24,978 nucleotides of DNA from Octopus sinensis (taxonomy: Eukaryota), in the NCBI RefSeq assembly GCF_006345805.1, contig NW_021836185.1, positions 1 to 24,978 on the forward strand, in the 5' to 3' direction. The translations under genes and the position numbers were made by a program. The stretch's first letter is position 1. Every line of letters starts with the position of its first letter. This document shows, piece after piece, positions 21,788 to 24,978 of this stretch. The notes below the pieces were generated by a model, which worked only from the letters and a program-made list of their open reading frames with translations, did not search any database and had not been told where the DNA came from.

Positions 21788-22752
21788 TATATAGAGAGAG
21801 AGAGAGAGAGACAGTGAAAACAGAGGGAGAACCGACACCACATAGCGGAGAGAGAATTGGGAGATGAGGTTTTAGGCGGCAGAAAGAAGACAGGATGATG
21901 AGATGAAATGCTTTGCGGTGGTGTGAATAAGTTTTTGTGAGTGAAAGTTTTTATGCTTCAGCTAGCATTTGAGACGAAAGACAACGATAACGCTATTAGA
22001 TGGGGATACAATAATAATAAGGCTTGCAAAAACAATGAAAAGAGGAAACAGGTCGGGAACTTAGCTGATGTTTTTTCATCCTGCGGAAGCGAGTGAAGGT
22101 GAGATATATACCGAGAGAGAGAGAGAGAGATGATAGAGAGAGAGAGAGAGAGAGAGACAGTGAAAACAGAGGAGAACCGACACCACATAGCGAGAGAGAG
22201 AATTGGGAGATGAGGTTTTAGGCGGCAGAAAGAAGACAGGATTGAGATGAAATGCTTTGCGGTGGTGTGAATAAGTTTTTGTGAGTGAAAGTTTTTATGC
22301 TTCAGCTAGCATTTGAGACGAAAGACAATGATAACGCTATTAGATGGGGATACAATAATAATAAGGCTTGCAAAAACAATGAAAAGAGGAAACAGGTCGG
22401 GAACTTAGCTGATGTTTTTTCATCCTGCGGAAGCGAGTGAAGGTGAGATATATACCGAGAGAGAGAGAGAGAGAGAGACAGTGAAAACAGAGGGAGGGAG
22501 AACCGACACCACATAGCGAGAGAGAGAATTGGGAGATGAGGTTTTAGGCGGCAGAAAGAAGACAGGATTGAGATGAAATGCTTTGCGTGGTGTGAATAAG
22601 TTTTGTGTGAGTGAAAGTTTTATGCTTCAGCTAGCATTTGAGACGAAAGACAACGATAACGCTATTAGATGGGGATACAATAATAATAAGGCTTGCAAAA
22701 ACAATGAAAAGAGAAACAGGTCGGGAACTTAGCTGATGTTTTTTCATCCTGC
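15374..22752. repeat. Head-to-tail tandem array (satellite/VNTR) of a ~340-bp monomer with an embedded variable (GA)n tract, about 21.7 copies
   Basis: The marker cagctagcatttgag occurs 22 times between 15474 and 22628 (mean spacing about 341; range about 321-364). Monomers are near-identical apart from (GA)n length and homopolymer indels. Confidence 0.97.
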
Positions 22753-22816
22753 GATATATATATATATATATATACATACACATGCTTGTGTGTGGTTTAG
22801 ATATATATAATATATA

Positions 22817-23072
22817 TGTTGTGTTGTGGGAGTGAACTGACACCCCTGCACTTGACAGTCAATGGACTGGACAAGTCTTATACACAGATGACCAGTAGGC
22901 AGTTGATGTTGAACAGTGAGAGTGTTAGTCTCGTTATTGATTCTGCATTAGAGTATTGGATTGTTTGTACAAACAGTTATGATAACCAATTCTCGTTACA
23001 TTACTTATTGTTATACAGTTTATTTGGTCCTATTACACAGACACATTATATATCATCACTGACGATATGACA
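22817..23072 (+). mobile_element. Putative 5' LTR of a Ty3/gypsy retrotransposon
   Basis: Starts TGTTG, ends TGACA, and is followed 2 nt later by a PBS. The left boundary is inferred only from the TG start next to a (TA)n tract. Confidence 0.6.
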
Positions 23073-23074
23073 CT

Positions 23075-23086
23075 TGGCGACGAGGA
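23075..23086 (+). promoter_or_regulatory. Primer-binding site complementary to tRNA-Ser(GCU) 3' end
   Basis: TGGCGACGAGGA is the reverse complement of UCCUCGUCGCCA, the 3' end of metazoan tRNA-Ser(GCU) as I recall it. It lies between an LTR-like CA end and gag. Confidence 0.75.
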
Positions 23087-23162
23087 GTGTTCGAGACTCA
23101 CTCAAATTATTGTGAATAGTATATTTTTTGTTTATGAGAACAAAAAATTCATCTTGTTTATC

Positions 23163-23985
23163 ATGGAAGAATTACTATCAGCCATGATAGGGTTGCAAAA
23201 ACAGTAACATGAGGTTTTACAGGTTCTCCTCAAGGAACAAAAAATTCTACAAATGCATTTACACCAGATTCATTGGTAATCCATCAATGAATTAGATATA
23301 ATCTAGACAAAGGTGTCATGTTTGCTGCTTATTATGAGTTGATTTGAGGAAATATTCAAGAATGAATGTTCAGACTGGAAAGAAGACCAGAAGACTAGAC
23401 TTATGCTAAGAAAATTAGCACCAGCGGAACATGAAAAGTACATTAATTATATACTAACCCCACAAAACCTAGAGAATTATGATTTGAAGACAGTAAATAC
23501 ACTATCAAAAATTTTTAAGAAAAAAGATCTTTGTTCAACATGAGATGGTTGCTTAAATTTGATGAAAAACGTTGAGGATGATTTCACATATCCCTGTTTA
23601 CTATTCATGAGTGTGAAAAGTTCAAGTTAAAGGAACTGACAACATATATGTTTAAGTTCTTGATATTCATTCAAGGATTAACAGCACAACAGGATTCAGA
23701 AATTCACACAAGGACTAAGCTAGAACAGAACCAGGATATTACTCTTCACAGTTATCAGAGACTGCCAACAACAATAAATCTTAAACATGACATGAGAGAA
23801 TACAGGAACATGATAGATCAAATATACGGGCTATAAGGGCAAAGAAAAACATTAGAAAGTGCAAAGCAGATCTGTGCACAAGATGCGGTCAATACATGAC
23901 TGGTATGACTGTCCATTCAAAAAGCTTAAATGTTTCGGGTGTGGTTTTCAGGGTCACAAAGTTGTCATTGTTACACAAAAATAAG
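23163..23985 (+). pseudogene. Decayed Ty3/gypsy gag (K02A2.6/Mag-like) with two zinc knuckles
   Basis: Frameshifted fragments MEELLSAMIGLQKQ, EEIFKNECSDWKEDQKTRLMLRKLAPAEHEKYINYIL, ECEKFKLKELT, FKFLIFIQGLTAQQDSEIHTR, followed by C-T-R-C-G...H-D-W-Y-D-C-P-F and C-F-G-C-G-F-Q-G-H. Confidence 0.8.
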
Positions 23986-24039
23986 GAAAGAATCCAAAAA
24001 TGATGCACACAGGAACAATAAAAATGTATATGGTGTATC

Positions 24040-24978
24040 TGAAAATGATAGAGATAAGGCCACTCCTCTAAAATGATAGAGATAGAAGGCCACTCCTCTA
24101 AAAAGATGGTTCCCTCACAGGAAACCCAATAAGGATAGGTGAAACACTGAATGAACAATTCAAAAGTGTCTTCACCCCACCCTTACAGCACATGCAAGTT
24201 AGCAAACCTGTAGAATTCTTTACCACTACAGTTCACATCAACATCAAAGAAAAGAATGTGTGATACTGGCTATATATGACTCTGCTGCTGGCCCCGATGA
24301 ATTCCCAGCAAATCATGCAAACAAGTCCTTAAAAACCACTGCAGTTTCTTTTTCAGGGCTTGTAAGTGGTAAGCTCCCAAGCAAACTGAAAGAGATAATA
24401 ATATCCTCTTTTCATAAAGGAGGAAGCAAGAAGACACTAAAATTATAGGCCTAGCTCTCTGACCTAACACACCAGCAAAGTTATGGAACAAATAGTTCAA
24501 AGAAACTACTGCATTCCTTGAAGAGAATGACTTGTTGACTGGCACCCAGCACAGTTTTCAATCAGATAGAAGCTGCTGCCACTGCTCTCACAGCACTATG
24601 ACTGGGTGCTACAGCAGCTGTTCAACAACTGCAGTGGCTGCTCAACAACTGCAGTAGCCGCTCAACAACTCAAATTTGAACATGATATATCTCAACTTTG
24701 CAAAAGCCTTTGATCAGGTCAACCATGGTATGATGTGTCACAAGCTGTGTAATCTCAGCATTGTCAGAAAACTTAGTGAGTGGCTACATGACTTTCTAAA
24801 AAGGGCACCTCCAAAAAACACAGATGAGTAGTGTCTTGTAGGGCACTGTCTTGAGGTCACTGCTGTTCAGAGTGGCCCTCTCAGGCATACCCTCACCTGC
24901 TCAGATAGCTAGTTATGAGATGATACAGAACCCTTGAGATGTTGCACACCTGAAATTGGAGTTGGATGCAATATATGC
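24040..24978 (+). pseudogene. Heavily decayed CR1-group LINE copy interrupting the gypsy element; runs off the window
   Basis: Fragments PLKDGSLTGNP..ETLNEQFKSVF, DSAAGPDEFPA, HKGGS...NYRP, MIYLNFAKAFDQVNHGMMCHKL...EWLHDFLK, GTVL..LLF, SY.DDT, ELDAIY are co-linear with 12925-14735. There is a 28-30 bp tandem duplication at 24042-24099. Confidence 0.85.

Noticed and set aside
12996-22752. RT ORF next to a regularly spaced repeat array, suggestive of a retron, DGR or CRISPR-RT-like system
   Set aside because: The RT is an ordinary 5'-truncated eukaryotic LINE with two other local copies. It is separated from the array by a microsatellite and a SINE-like insertion. The array has no unique spacers, only (GA)n length variation, and shares no sequence with the LINE.
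15374-22752. Single-base indel differences among monomers as biological variation
   Set aside because: They are concentrated in homopolymers, the typical long-read consensus error pattern. Only linked multi-base variants were used as evidence.
15473-22843. Recurrent 60-120 aa hydrophobic ORFs in each monomer (…DEKTSAKFPTCFLFSLFLQALLLLYPHLIALSLSFVSNAS)
   Set aside because: The frame shifts freely between units with (GA)n length and homopolymer indels, so there is no sign of frame conservation.

Overview
AT-rich, microsatellite-laden eukaryotic (animal) DNA made almost entirely of transposon relics. The repeat landscape resembles an octopus/coleoid cephalopod genome; this is inferred from remembered repeat families, not from a search. 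Contents: one possible orphan terminal exon (837-1120, minus); several Penelope-like (PLE) pieces, including two GIY-YIG endonuclease relics and at least five type I hammerhead-ribozyme motifs; a Helitron-type non-autonomous element; three copies of one CR1-group LINE, one with a 487-aa open RT frame; two RTE-derived fragments; a decayed Ty3/gypsy 5' LTR-PBS-gag; several long inverted repeats; and a 7.4-kb array of about 22 copies of a ~340-bp (GA)n-containing monomer. The best leads are (i) a 524-nt hammerhead-to-hammerhead retrozyme-like unit at 8267-9070, (ii) hammerheads with unusually long helix II, (iii) a GIY-YIG ORF with no RT, bracketed by 41-bp inverted repeats, and (iv) the 340-bp array, which has two alternating monomer classes and a G-quadruplex/GC-box at its left edge. 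I see no CRISPR array, rRNA, tRNA gene or recognisable host gene. I cannot show that the elements form one functional system; most of the ORF track is repeat-derived noise.
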